From NCBI GenBank assembly GCA_040954595.2, contig CM082578.2, positions 3,268,831 to 3,332,830 of the forward strand: a stretch of DNA of 64,000 nucleotides, written 5' to 3'. Both the position numbers and the translations under genes were made by a program. A model generated the notes under the pieces. That model was not told the DNA's origin. It did not search any database and saw nothing but the letters and a program-made list of their open reading frames with translations. The stretch is from Balanoglossus misakiensis. Its lineage: Eukaryota; Animalia; Hemichordata. Positions 48,209 to 61,977 of the stretch are shown piece by piece; position 1 is the first letter of the stretch, and every line of letters begins with the position of its first letter.

Positions 48209-48395
48209 CTCGAGAAGGATATCCCGGCGTGAGTGGGTCCATCATATCTTTGAACAAGGATCCTCTTTGAGCACCGGTGCCAGGAAGATAAATTCCGTTT
48301 GGATATCTCTCATCTTCGTATCCTTTCGGGGCCACATCAGCAGGGTCTGAATATAAGATCAACCCCTTGGCACCCACTTTCATGGCATTAAAAGC
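48209..48395 (-). CDS. NAALAD2-like: Glutamate carboxypeptidase II-like exon 5 (PA domain)
   Basis: [20 protein letters not shown]...[11 protein letters not shown]...[10 protein letters not shown]; phase 0-1. Confidence 0.93.
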
Positions 48396-48543
48396 CTAAG
48401 AAAATACCGACATTCTTGCGGTCAGAAGTTTCATAAGTAAACAGACATCAAAGTGTTTTTTGTGGTGATGGGTGTCTAACAGAAAATATTGTTTTACTTT
48501 ATGATTTAAATCGGAAGTACACCAACTTCCATGTCATGTTTAC

Positions 48544-48669
48544 CTTGTCGCCACGAAATATTTGACCGTATCGAGCAATTATAATCTTATCTGTGAGGCT
48601 GATATTTCTGTGTCTCTCCAAATGGAAGAAATCCTCGACAGTTGCGTAATTTGCGTAGACCAAGTCGCC
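48544..48669 (-). CDS. NAALAD2-like: Glutamate carboxypeptidase II-like exon 4
   Basis: [42 protein letters not shown]; phase 0-0. Confidence 0.93.
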
Positions 48670-49031
48670 CTGCAATGCGAAAATAGAAGTAAGGGTCGAA
48701 ATTCACAATTATATTTTGTTACTGGTGCCATGGTTGAGACATAAGGGATGTCACTGAAGAACATTTCTTGTAGAACAAGAGTGTATGCGCAGAACAAATT
48801 TTAATTATTATCGAAGGCAACAGTTGCCCCTTTGATAAAACAAACTTATGAAATTCTATTCTGAACATCTAACCCATATATCAGTATTATACGAAAACTA
48901 CGTATGTATTTTCACTCTTGGCTGTGTTAACTGTTATCTTGACAAATGTGAATTTACTTTGTGGCAAACATGACAACGTTAGCTTCGAGCTTTATTTACT
49001 GGTAAAAACCAACCAAGGAAGCGGTTAGTAC

Positions 49032-49163
49032 CTCTTCGACGCCGGCTCCAGAATATGCGTTGAAAGGTGGCACGATATCATCCCGCTTCTGTGATTCATC
49101 CAATATGGCCTCCTCTCGCGCCGATTCAAATTCGACATTGCCAGCAGCATTGACGAGTTCAAT
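49032..49163 (-). CDS. NAALAD2-like: Glutamate carboxypeptidase II-like exon 3
   Basis: IELVNAAGNVEFESAREEAILDESQKRDDIVPPFNAYSGAGVEE; phase 0-0. Confidence 0.92.
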
Positions 49164-50616
49164 CTGAAGATTTATGAGAAGGGTATTACCGCAGTCATAT
49201 AACCCATGGGTTGTTTGTAACTCTTTGCAATGCTGAGTGTTTATCGATCCACTGTGCCAAGGTTCTCAAGCAATTGACACTTTAAATAGATTTATACGAT
49301 CCAGGTGTGTGACAAAGCTCTTATAGGCCTAAAGCCAGACGGAATAAACAAATCTGCGAGATTAATAAATCGACTGTGCAAAAGCCCATTCTTGGACTGT
49401 GCTGACTTTTCCGAACCAGCAAAAGTAGACAGTTGTTCTAAACGTTGGATGCTTTATGTAGGTCAATTTGTAACGCCCTCATACACCCTTATCAGGTTGA
49501 TATAATACGTTATAAATTGTTGTCCCTGGAACCAAACGTAACAATGGTGTTTGCACAAAATTACAGCGTGCCTCACTTGTTGGAGCCAAGCAGCGATGGC
49601 GTAGAAATTTTATTGCCTAGATACAATAAATGATACGATAATATTATGATTTTTATTACCTAGCGACGAAAATTAGATAATTAAGTATAGGCTTAGGCCT
49701 ATGTACTTTATAATTATAAAGCTAACTCATGGAATTAAGACAATATATGCCATGACAGCTTTCCCCCACACAGATTTAGACGTGGTCGGTATGGCCGATT
49801 TGCCTCAAATTGGCCATACACACCACGTCTATTGATATTCATGAGTTTACTTTTCTTGTTAACGTACACTCTTATAACAATTGGAAATCTTGAGAATTGC
49901 TATTACCTCAAGTTGACAACCCCCCGCACGTGTACATCATGTACATAAACAAAAATAGTCTGGTGTGTGGAGCCGCCTCCCTTTTTTACAAGAAATATTT
50001 TCGAAATACTTTTTTATGCATGATCATGATCAGTTTTGTGTCAGAATTATAGTCCAAGTCACCTACAAAATCATTTCAAAGGGGTGATCAAGATGGCCAG
50101 AACAGCCAATTTTAACCAACCAGGTTCAAGAACCTGAGAAAAGGTGCTAAAAGCATGCGATAGATATATTGACGTGATAAACATTGGGAACAATAGGATT
50201 AAGGGAGGTGTGACTGGTCCAACCTGCTCAGTTTTAGTGTGAGGCACGGCTGGAATGACGTGAGTGGCGTACAACTTTTGAGGGAGACGTTGATGGAGAA
50301 GTTATTCCCCGATTTAACATTATAGGTTTGGTTGGTGATCTGAAGTTGGATATTTGGTGTCTGCCTCAGTTACTGAAAATATTACGATCCTGATTGGTAA
50401 TTTGACAAAATACAACTCTACGGACTGTCAATGAGAGAGAGAGAGAGAGTCTACAGGCGAACCACGACAAACTTTTTATTTAGGTGATAATTCGGCCCGT
50501 TGATCTTTTTAATTGTTACATAGAAGGCAATGGGGAAAGACTATTAATTTAAAACAACGAGAACTGGCTCATTACCGCCAAAATCTTAACTCGACATACT
50601 CAATATGTTTACTTAC

Positions 50617-50770
50617 CCTATTCTCCTTACCCTTTGGATAAGATAACAGTACTTCGTAAGGTACAACATCGGCGTAGTGAAGACCTTGTTCTAGCCACTT
50701 ATCTCGCACGTACTCGGCTTGTTCTAAATCCATAGGCGTTCCGGCCAAATGTGGATCACTGGTGAAATAT
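50617..50770 (-). CDS. NAALAD2-like: Glutamate carboxypeptidase II-like exon 2
   Basis: YFTSDPHLAGTPMDLEQAEYVRDKWLEQGL...YEVLLSYPKGKENR; phase 2-0. Confidence 0.93.
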
Positions 50771-51448
50771 CTGATCATGAACAGGAATAGGAGTAGAGTT
50801 GCAACATAAAATTTGTACAAATGCACCATTTTGCAATTATAGCTGTTTTTATTGTTGGCGATATAGTTCCTCCAAGCGACCCTTTGTAACAAGTACAAGA
50901 ACTAAAGACGTGTATAACGTCTTTGTTGTACGCCTGCATGAAATTCATCTCCAGACTTTTAGCAAGCAAAATATGCCAACTTGGAATTTTTGTGCTTACT
51001 ACATTCCTTGCAAGTATACCAACTCATGTTTTCTGACAAGCAAACGATCCGAAATGCCCTTCATTAATTGTTTCATGCTATTTTTAAGCAAGGTCGCAAC
51101 GCAAACTTATCTGCCTATTATAACTATTCATCAAACCCTTATAAAGAATCAAGCTGTCACTTTTAAGCGGTAAACAAATCACATCGGCGCCGTTTAAAGT
51201 CCAACTGGAAACTCTACTCCAGGCTCTAGAAAGAGTTCGTTGTTTGTAACCAATCGTTGCAGCCTCGCAATGTGGGTGAACCTCTCTCAACACACGGCGA
51301 GTTCCATAGTAAAAAATGCCTTCGAACTTTTTTGTCAGCAGATATAATTATAACACGAGCTTCTGGTATCCGCATAGATACCACGGAATTGAATTGTGTA
51401 TATTCTGAATAAAATACATACAATCTGAAGAAAAAATGCAACTGTTAC

Positions 51449-51657
51449 CTCAAATGCTCTTTGATGTTGTCTTCCTTAATTTCTTTGATCAGTTTGTCCG
51501 AAATCGATGCATCTGCAGTGTGTAGTGCGTTACCTGACGCTGCCGATTTGTTGTCAGTGTTGATCCCGAGCGCGCCGATTAGAATTCCGATTGTGAATCC
51601 TGCAAGCAGTGCGACGAAGCCGACAATTACAAGAGTGTGTCTCGTTTTCTGTGCCAT
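51449..51657 (-). CDS. NAALAD2-like: Glutamate carboxypeptidase II-like exon 1 (type II membrane anchor)
   Basis: MAQKTRHTLVIVGFVALLAGFTIGILIGALG...IKEDNIKEHL; donor GTAACA, phase 2. Exons 1-9 join into 401 open codons. Confidence 0.92.
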
Positions 51658-52789
51658 TGTGGAGTTCTTGGTGTTAGAGAGCCAGAGCTAAACTCACTTC
51701 GAGTCTGCTCTGTCGGTTGCACCACCGAACAGTAATGACCAATGCACGTCGGGAAAGAAAGCAAGGACTTTCATATAATGGCTGGGGGTGGAGACGCATT
51801 ATTGAATACCCTGTAAATGCTATCGTAGTGTTTTGATAAATATTGATAAGGAGCTTGAATATCTGCGCCATATGATAGTAGCGGCGTGGGAACGTCAATC
51901 AAGATATAAAAGCGAGACATAAATTAACGTTAACCAATTGCAAGTTTGAACTGAATGTTTGTGTTTCGAAAAAAATTAGCAATGAACACACTGTAGAATT
52001 TCTATCTTTCTATAACACACTGGAATGGGGCCAGGCTAACAAAACTGGTGCGTTTGGGGTCCGGATCCGGACTGCACCATTTCGGCCGAAATTTACATTT
52101 ATCGAGCAAAATTCTTTGCCTGTCTACTCCTACCTCCTATTTAACCGACTCCAAATATGATTCGATTAACTTCTCCTAACGTCCGAACCACTCGCTTTCT
52201 GATTTATTTTTGTGTGTTTAGGCCTATCTGTTGAAATCGCCGAAATACAGCGAGTTTATCTCCATGCGTAAACACACGTTTGACATCGAATGTAATGAGG
52301 GCGAAGTTGGCAGAGATTTTGCCAAACAACGTAAGAGAGCGAACAGTACGGCGTGCCGTTCGTCAGTGGCAGATTAGGATTCATATAACCGAATTTGCGG
52401 TGTACTCGGGCCTTCATGGATTTGTAGTATTCCATCGATCCGATGCGACTCAAATTTATGGACGAAGCGGGTTTTAAAACACCGCATCTGAGTCATCCCA
52501 ACTATGGACATTCGCTCATTGGAACATCGCCCATCAAAGGGATCCATTATCACCAAAGTCCGCAGAGTGACGCTCAATCTTGCAACGATGATGGAAATGG
52601 CACTGCGTAGAATAGATTATTGTTCTCGGACTGAAGATATTTTACTATATTTCACTCGGTGAAAACCGCGTGTGGGTCTCAAACTATTTTTGAGAACACG
52701 CTGAAATCATCACACAGCGTTGACTCAGTGATCGGCGCGACAGTTCGCTGCGCGCGAGAGACATACGGGGCGTAGGACTCTAGTGGAGA

Positions 52790-52900
52790 CCCCTAAACGT
52801 TTTTTTTAAAACGATGACTCCCCCCCCCCCCTTTTGGACTTCAAAATTTAAGTGACCCCCTGGATTTTGCCGCCCCCAGCCGTAAAAACTGCACGGTCCC
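52790..52900 (-). mobile_element. Terminal fragment of Harbinger MITE family H1
   Basis: Reverse complement of the left end of 41398-42547, ending GCCGTAAAAACTGCACGGTCCC|TAA. Confidence 0.8.
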
Positions 52901-54809
52901 TAATAACACCTAACTACTACAGCAGGGCAGAGGGATTTGTTATTTAGTCGATTTTGTCACTTTTTATGGCAGTGGGTCCAGATTAGCAGCTGGCATGGGG
53001 TTGTTCATTTTGTCTGGTACTCGTTTAAATTCTTGGATTGCCACGGTTGTATCTGGTTCTTTAGATGAAGCTTGGAGATTCGTTAAGACTTGCTTTAACC
53101 TTCAGATGTTATAAGTGCAAACTTCAAGTTTTGATAGTCATATTAGCAAACTCACAACTATGGACTCTCTCTCACAGCCACTCTCACCTCAAACGCAGAC
53201 TTATCGCCTGATAGAATGTGCGCCCTCAATGTCCAAATGAAACTTGCTACACAACACCATAGGGTGCATCTCCTAAACAATTGAGGGCACATCACTGTGC
53301 AACATGTAAAGAGTTACGGTAAATAGCGAACCGCAGGCTGACTACATGTTACTCATGGCTATTATGTGTGATGAGAAAGCCCCATTGGAATGCAACTTTA
53401 TGATAATTGTTGGTAATTGTTTTGGAAATTAACCTCACTCTGGTTGTCAAAATTATCAGCATTACCAATTAACGTTGCTTTAAAACTTATACAAAGCATT
53501 GTTATTATTGCTGCCTGCAAACATCCACTCGACACAAGTTAATTGTAAAACTCCTGGTTGTATCATTTTGTGTCATCACTGAATGTATGGTGAACCATCA
53601 CTGATGCTTTTCCCATGCACTATGTTGTCCTCTCTCATTACATTCCTCATATGCGTTTCACATGTGCCATTTGTTCAGTGAGGTGCTAATGAATTTGCAA
53701 CTAGGGGGTATTGACAGAACAGCTTTGCTATTCCACTAATGTTGCTCTACACCAACATTCCACACATGTTCACTCCCTCCCAATTCAGCTTCCCAGAGGG
53801 TGTTAATGTAATTTTTTTCCATTTTTAGGTTTCCATGTTGATTCACACTTTCATGTTGACAAGTTCGCATCCTGCCATGTATGTACCACATCACATCTAC
53901 ACACCAACTATCACTGGGCTACATGCTACCGTATCCAAGTTTATACTGTTGACGGCTGCACAAAATCCACTAGCTCTCTACACATACATGTATAGTCACA
54001 TACCCCACTCTAGTTTAATCTCCATACCCACTCCAACAAGCCTGCATACCAAATACCACATTCAAATTTATACACATACACAATACAGGTTACTTTTACA
54101 TGAGTAGCGGTTCATGTACTTTATTGGATCATGGATGAACTGAAATTTTACCCCGCACCAAAACCCAGAGGTAAAACCCTCTTTTTTCAAGTAAGGGAAA
54201 CCCTCTGGGAAAGCGTAGGTATACAGATTCACCTAGTTCTCAAATGATTGTATTTAAATAAATGCCTCTTGAAAATCTAACTTTCAAATGAACATGCTAA
54301 TCTGGCATACATAATAGTAGAAAGAGAAAGAATATCTATGTTTGTAAAATATCAAGCAAAATTTTGTATTGAAAGTTCAGGTGTAAAACTGAAAAATATT
54401 ACCTGTAAGTTTTGGTACAGAACATTGTTACTATTGGCAAATGCATTCAATGCTCGGCTAGAATATAAATGTTAATAATAGCAATGCTGATTATGTACTC
54501 AAGAAATCATGGTTCATATAGAGACCAAAAAGTCATCAAAATGTTACAGATAGTTGAACTTCATTTTTATGAGAATAAAAGTCATCCAAACTACATTCTA
54601 TATATATTATCACTTTACAAGCAATTGTGAAATCATAAATTTCATATTCAAACAGGAAGAACAAAAGGAATAACTATTAAATTGTTGAATACTGCACACA
54701 CAAGTTGTGCCAAAAATGACTAATGTACTGATCACAGGAAATTATTCTGGACTAAAGGAAACCTCATCAGTTACAGCTACTGGGAAAACTTCATTGAAGA
54801 TCCCCAAAG

Positions 54810-56225
54810 ACATGTCAAGCAAAAGCAAATTAAAGTCTCATTTGATAAAGCCTTTGGATAAAGTTCGTCATTTAAGAGATTGGGGAAAAGGGACACAGAG
54901 TTGAATGTTCAAATGTATGATAACTGAAAACTGACTGTGTATAAAATATAGAACACTTTTAAAAGGTAGTAATAAAAAAAAATTCAAAATAAAAGTAAAT
55001 ATCACAGTGAAAAGTTTTTGTTGTTCAAAAAGTGTAAATAATGTGTTGCCTATAAACCATGATGCATGAACTCCATGCTAATCAATTTATGACCGAATTT
55101 ACTGCTTATATGCCCCCCCCCCCCAAAATACAAACAAAACAATTATACATATATGGCTTCTGCAAACACATTATTTATGCTTTTATGAAGGAAATTTTCA
55201 TCAATAAAATCAAAGGACTGTAAACACTGAGACGATGCATAAATTCTTGACAATGTCAAGCAAAAGCAAATTAAAGGTCTCATGTCATGCTTTGGAAAGT
55301 TTTCATATTTCCACGTCAAAAGCTCACCTAGGGTACCTGTCTATGCATTGCCTATTGTGTCGGTTCCGAAAAATGTGCACGAATGCCGGAATTTGCCACT
55401 TTTTTTCATGCCTGTGATCAGGGAGCCACTTCGCACTCGAGCCAGGCGAAGGTATTTGCATATGGACAAACAAGTACACTACGTCGTAGTGTACCATTCT
55501 GTTTACAGTAAAGTGTAATTATCGGTCCATGAGTAATTAAGTCCACAGACAAAGACAAGCTATATAAACAGTGTTCAAAGCAAAGGAAGCCCTTGCCTCA
55601 CATTGCAGGCAGAGGATTTACAAAGGTGTGAAAGACTATTTGTCCACATCAAGATAAGTCTTCGGCTTAACTTCGAAAAGCCGAAAAAAATCGACTGAGT
55701 TGGGTTAGGGGTACACGCCCACCCGCCACTTTTACTTGCTTGTTATCTAAGCACAAGGGGCAAAACGCATTGCAAGATAGTAACATACGTTAACTTCAAG
55801 ACCCAAATAGTGATTTTACGCGTGGTTGTATAGGGCATGGCATGAGACCTTTAAAATCTGATCTGATAAAGCTTTCGGAAAAAGGTACATTAAAGACCCC
55901 AAACATTGAGGAAAAAGATGAATGTTCAAATGTATAATAACTGAAAACTGTATGTGTATAAAATATCAAAAACGTTTAAAAGAAGTTAATACCACATTGA
56001 AAATGTTTTTATTGTTCAAAAAGTGTAAATAATGTGTTGCCTGTAAGCCATTATGCATGAAACCTCCATGCCAATCAATTTATGAGCGAATTTACTGCTT
56101 TTATGCCCCCCCCACGAAATACAAACAAAACAATAATACATATATGGCTTCTGCAAACACATTATTTATGTTTTTCTAAAGGAAATTGTCATAAAAAAAT
56201 CAGCGGACTATAAACACTCACGCAA
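54810..56225. repeat. Tandem duplication of a ~440-bp AT-rich unit
   Basis: atgtcaagcaaaagcaaattaa, tgaatgttcaaatgta, ttgttcaaaaagtgtaaataatgtgttgcc and atatggcttctgcaaacacattatttatg each occur twice. The second unit carries a MITE. Confidence 0.85.
55275..55850. mobile_element. Kolobok-like MITE
   Basis: TIR AGGTCTCATGTCATGC / GCATGGCATGAGACCT; TTAA TSD; empty site in the paralogous unit at ~54830. Confidence 0.9.
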
Positions 56226-56235
56226 TGAATTTGCA

Positions 56236-56390
56236 CAGTGAAACCTGTCTATTAAGGACCTCTGGGACCAGAAAATCTGTCCTTAGTAGACAGGTGTCCC
56301 TAATAGACTGAAAACATTCTATTTAAAGTATGCCTTGCCTTGAAAAATCTGTCCTTAATAGAGAGGTGTCTGTAAGCACAGATTTCAATG
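56236..56390. mobile_element. Degenerate pogo/Tigger-like MITE
   Basis: CAGTGAAACCTGTCTATTAAGGAC...GTCCTTAATAGAGAGGTG..GATTTCAATG|TA with repeated gtcc.taataga subterminal motifs. Confidence 0.55.
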
Positions 56391-56929
56391 TATGCAAAAA
56401 TGTGTAAAATAATCTGAACAAAAACACAAACATACTATTACACACACACACATCAAAAAATGCATACCAAAATCTTAACTATGTCATCATCGAGTACACA
56501 TGATATACCAGTATATCAAACTGTTGAACACTCCACACACATACGAAAAGCAACTAATGAACTGATCCCAGGAAACTACACTGGACTTGAAGGATCTATT
56601 GCAATTATTTTTCATCATCAAATTGGGTTAGTTATGTATATGGTATTCTCAAATATATTGCAAATTGAAACCTTCTCATCTGTTATAGCCATTGGGAAAA
56701 CTTCATTAAAGACATACCCTCTAACACTGAGGAAAAATATACAGAAAGACAAGAATGTTAAAATGGTCACACACACATACATATTTTTATTTATAATATG
56801 CGGAAGTACATTGGAGGAAGCGAAGACAGCGCGCGCAAAGATATAGATGAGTTGAAGAGGGACAGCAATCTTGTGACTTCTTCTGCAAGGATGGTGAACC
56901 TGCTTCATCAGATAGCAACCACAGAGGAC

Positions 56930-57560
56930 TCCCAAACGGCAACAAAAATGGCAGTGTACAACGTGTGTATCGTCAGCACTCTTCTCAATGGCAGCGAAAC
57001 ATGGATGACCTACTCGAAACAGGAGCGCAAACTGAACAGCTTCCATCTGCATTATCTTCGCTATATCCTTGGCATCCACTGGAAGTGACAAAATTACCAA
57101 TGGCCAGGTCCTAGAGTGTGCAGGTCTTCCTATCACATTCACACACTGCTTAGGCAACACAAGACTTCGGTGGCTAGGCCATGTGCCAAGGATGGAGGAT
57201 GGACACATTCCCCCAAAGAGAAAAGACAGTCGCCCCCATCTGGGCTACAAAGATGTCTGCAAGCATGACATGAAAGCCCTGGACATCAACACAGAGAATT
57301 CGGAAGAGGTTATAGCAGTGTTCTTCACAAGCAGCTGATGTCATGAAGAGGAAGAAATCCTGACCACAGCCAGTGAAAAGAGAGCCAAGCAGAAGGCACG
57401 CACCCCAGAAGATACCCAAACAAGTCACATCTGCAGCAAATATAGCAGACCGATTGCCACTCCCGCATCTGACTAAAAGCCACAGCTGTAGCTATAGCAA
57501 CATCATGACTTTCTCTGGCACAATATCCATAGTCGATACCGACTGACAGAGGAATTCTGA
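56930..57560 (+). pseudogene. 3' fragment of an RTE-clade LINE
   Basis: TKMAVYNVCIVSTLLNGSETW..Y....RKLNSFHL..LR.ILGIHW / DKITN..VL..AGLP / RLRWLGHVPRMEDGHIP, with stops and frameshifts. Confidence 0.88.
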
Positions 57561-57975
57561 CACATAAGAATTCAAAAATACAATCATATGTCAATCAGAG
57601 ATTCCAAAAATGAACCCTGAACACCCAAAACATCATTAAAAAATTCAAAATACAAAAATAGAATCAAAATACAGCCATGGCAGTCACAGTTGTCAAAATA
57701 CAAGCACAGAACTCCCAAACACCCAAAAATGCATGAAATTCAAACCCACAAAAATGAATAGCAATCACATATGCCCAATACAACTACCGAAGTCCATGAT
57801 AGCCAGTTCAACAATAAAACTCCCAGACACAAACATTGGTGTCTTGCCATGCAAAATGTGAAAAGGTTTGGGCAGTCATAAGTAACTGCTTATCAAGACG
57901 CTGTACAGAATCAAAGTAATTTGGATCACTCACACAAATATACATTATACATGCATGAAGGCACATAAACAATAA

Positions 57976-58005
57976 TACATACATACATGCATACGTACGT
58001 ACGCA

Positions 58006-58037
<32 letters not shown>

Positions 58038-58093
58038 CATACATACATACATACATACATACATACATACATACATACATACATACATACATA
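57976..58093. repeat. Compound microsatellite (ACAT)n/(GCAC)n/(AC)n
   Basis: Directly visible; a (GAAT)n tract follows at ~58216-58260. Confidence 0.95.
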
Positions 58094-58298
58094 CCCAGGT
58101 ATATGCATACATACCGGTACACATACAAACACAGAAATGCATTTAAAAATATAAACAAAATAATTAAATGAATGGATGGATAAGCAAACAAATAATAAAA
58201 AACTAAAAAAATGTGTGAATGAATGAATGAATGAATGAATGATTGGATGGATGAATGAACAAATAAACACAAGACAAAATAAACAAATAAATAAAAGA

Positions 58299-59700
58299 AA
58301 TTATACCTGCAAGCAGGATTGATGGGGCCTATTATTAGGTATGCTCCTAATAAATTAGGTCAACATAGGGTCAAGGGGGTTCTAAGATTTAACCGTCAGG
58401 TCATGTGACTAATTAAAAATTCAAGGTTCAATGGAAAACTACTCATTGACCTCGACCACTCAGGCAAGTTTGAGAAGTGTACTTCCAGTGGTTTCAGAGA
58501 TGCAGGCCATCAAAGAATTGAAAAAATAAGAAAGAAGTGGAAAGAACAAAAAAGCCAACGGCTTTGACCCCTAATAACAAACAAACAATAAAATTAAAGC
58601 TACATGCACCGTTGAAGGGGCCCAAGCATATGAACCAAATACAAGAAAGTCAAGTGTCAAGCCAATGTCAACAAACTTTTGATGCCATAGGGATTATGTT
58701 AAACAATAAATTTAGAATTAGATATGCACATATTTAATGAGGTAAAGGGGGTCCTGAAATTAACCATCAATTTATAGTTCCTTACTAGTACATGTAAATG
58801 AAAATCTGTAAGGCCAGCCGTTTTTTAGCCAAAAATTACATATGCACATTATTAATGAGGTCAAAGGTCAGGGGATAACTTGTAAACATGTTTGCTTCAA
58901 TCCACCAAACATGAAACTGTTAGGTCTTATAGTTATGCAGTAATACACATTTATGTGATACTAGGGTCAAAGGTTATGAAGGTCACGTGACATACTAGGG
59001 GGAGAGGGGTATTGACAAAATAATTTCTTACCATAATGCCACCTGTCCACCAAAAATCAGCTTTCTATATCTATTTGTTCGCATGGAATTAGATACATGC
59101 ATAATTAATGTGGGTCAAAGGTAAAGGGATAACCCCAAAATTAGCATGTTCCTCCTATACCCGTATATGTCAAAAACCTAGTCCCTGGTTCTATTGGCTA
59201 CCCTAGAATTAGACATGCACTTATCCAATGAGGGTCGAAGTTCAGGAGGTAACCCCAAAATTTGGCTTTTATTTTGGTCTCATCCTGGTCACTGGTCAAC
59301 AGCTGGCTGCCCAGAATGCCAGAATAGGATGTCGTCATAGCTTAACTGTAAAGGTATAGGCCTATGACTGGGTCAAAGGTCATGTAAAAATTCTAAAAAT
59401 TCAAATTGACTATGACCTTGAAATTTGGCATGTAGGATACTGGCCATAATGGTGTACAAGGCAAGATAACAGAATTGTGTTCTTCATTTCTGATGCAAAG
59501 GAGATGCAATTGAAATTTCAATCCAAGATGGCCACTAGGTCACATGACTAATTAAAAATTCATAAGTGTTATGCACAAGATTTGTAGATTCACATTCAAG
59601 TTCTAGCTTTATAAAAAATACACAGGAAGAAGATGCAGTAAAAGGAAAATAATAAGCTCACACCAATAAATACCCTTTGGCTATGAAAAACTCCTATGGC
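58299..59700 (-). mobile_element. Old HINE-like fragments of the same superfamily as copies A-C
   Basis: Minus-strand 3' ends (aggccccatcaatcctgcttgcaggtataatt; gcttgggcccc..gcatgtagctttaatt) and shared ttagtcacatgacct and ctttgacc motifs. Confidence 0.65.
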
Positions 59701-60261
59701 AGTGAGTGCCAATTTTGTATCATATTGCTATTAAACCTCTAATACTAGAAAACCATGCCCATATACAAAAATAGAAAAAATGATAATTGAAGTTAATAGA
59801 GAGAGCAAGTCAAATCAAAGTGCAATGATGTGTACTCCTAATTGTCATGTTTGCTCTTTAAACACAACTGTTTCACACACGTTTTATCCAATACTTTTCT
59901 GCAATTTATTTTCAAGGTATTTATTTAGTAATTCAATTTTTCATGAGTCTTTTGCAGCTCCTAATGTTTTGATTTTATGAGCCCCTGATTTAAAAGGGAT
60001 GCAACAAATTCACAAAGAAATAAATAATGAATACCATAATAATGCTGTCATTTCTTTTTATTTGTTTACCATTCAGCTAATTGAAAGTTTACCTGGGTGC
60101 AATTATGTGTTGTATTTTTAGGCTAAATGGTAAACACCTGAAGGTTGCTGTTTCCAGTGCAATTAGTCTTAATTTACACACAGTGCTTGTTACGCGCAAT
60201 GCTTATTGTGCCTAGAGGACCCAACAACCTTCAGGTTATGCTGAACAAATTGTAATGATAA

Positions 60262-60380
60262 TTTTGGACTGCAATAAAGAAACAGGTTTTAGGACTGCAA
60301 TAAAAAATAGGATGGAATTTTAGGACTGCAATAAAGTGATAAGATTGGATTTTAGGACCGCAATAAAAATAGGATGGGAT
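60262..60380. repeat. Minisatellite, four ~27-33-bp units with core ttttaggactgcaataaa
   Basis: Core visible four times. Confidence 0.8.
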
Positions 60381-61122
60381 TTAATTGAAAATATTCTATT
60401 TCAATGTCAAACTTGAAGTAGTGTTGGCATACTGAAATGTACACATTGCAATTTAATTTTAACCTGCTCCCTCTCTCTCCAGGACACAATCACCAATAAA
60501 ATGCTACAAGAATATTACATTTGTAATATGGATCATACAACTCAGGTAAGGATCGTTCAATGTTCAATATCAACTCATAGTGGAAGTTCTGTCCTTGAAA
60601 TGACGATGAAATCAAACACAGTTGGTTGAAGTCAGTATCACACAGCATCCAATGCACCGGCTTTTGAATTCATACATGTATCCTCTTCTTTCCTATAAAC
60701 AGAAAGAGGACATCACACTTACCTTGTATTGATTTATCAAAGCAATTAAGAGACAGTAACTTCCACACAGAAACAAAAATGTGCTCCTGTCAAACACTGA
60801 ACAGGGAATAAAAAAGGGCCCAGGAAGAGACAAAATCCAGTGAGATAATTTCTTGATCACTATTTAATATGGTGGTTGATGCCCCTTGACTGTCAGACAT
60901 GTCATAAGAAAGTATATTTCAACAAGTCTGAAGAAAAGCTATCAATCATGAGTGACAGTCTTGTCAATGATATAGTCACCACTGTATTATTTCAATACAT
61001 TGAAAACAGGTTTGATTGAATGACATTATAACTTTGTTATGGCTTCAGACATGAAAAATCAGATCAATGGCCAACATTCGATTATACGGAGACAAAAATT
61101 GACATGCACGTACATCAGTGTA

Positions 61123-61977
61123 CAGTAAACTGTCGATTATCCGAACAGCTATGGGGACAGGCTTTTGGTTCGGATATGCAATCATTGGATATGCAATCTC
61201 AGGGAGGGGGAGGGGGACGCGGTCACATTCAGGTCATATCTCACATATACATGCATAGGTACATGAACCTGTACTGTAGTAGACAAGACACATCGTTTTC
61301 CGTTCTATTTATATTACTAAGTAAATTTGAAGCATTTTGAATAGTGTACAAAGCAAAGTTATGAGATAATTGCAAAAAAGAATGACATGTTGATGTTGAG
61401 CATGTGACGCTAGTGTTTCATTGATGACGCAGCCATGATGACATAGACTGTATAAATGGCGGATGCAGAGAGATGCTGGTTCGACGATGTTACCAGAACA
61501 CTACTGGAAATTACAAATGGTGTCATTTCCCAAAACCCACTTCTACCTAACCAGTTAACACTTTCAAGTTTTGACGAAATGCCGCAAACGTTTAAAGAAG
61601 AAGTCGGCCACCGGTCGTAACCTTTTAGCAAGGCCGACAAATTGTGTGTGGCTGAACGAACAATGCCATTGTCGAGCTGTTTATTTTCACATCTCTTGCG
61701 ATTGCATCCAAATGATTCATACCCAAGGATACAAAACATTAACACTTTCAGAATTAAAACCAAAGGCTAATGGGCGGTAAAGTTGTTTAAAGAAATAACT
61801 TTATTAAAGAGGAAAGTGCTGTACTATTATGCCATCCTTTGACAGCCAGGGCCGTGAATATCAAACAATGATTAAGCAAGGCATACGCCTACAGGTAGAC
61901 TTTGCGGGGAACACAGAGTGAGTTCAGATAGCCAAACAATGCGGATAATCAACATTCGGATAATCGACGGTTTACTG
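61123..61977. mobile_element. Tc1/mariner (pogo-like) non-autonomous element
   Basis: 23-bp TIR CAGTAAAC(T/C)GTCGATTATCCGAA; TA TSD on both sides. Confidence 0.88.

Noticed and set aside
51770-51780. TATA-like TTATATGA upstream of the peptidase ATG (minus strand)
   Set aside because: Imperfect match in AT-rich DNA; the transcription start is unknown.
57808-58272. Hydrophobic ORFs of 65-154 aa (also 26529-26948 and 24889-25197)
   Set aside because: Translations of microsatellites.
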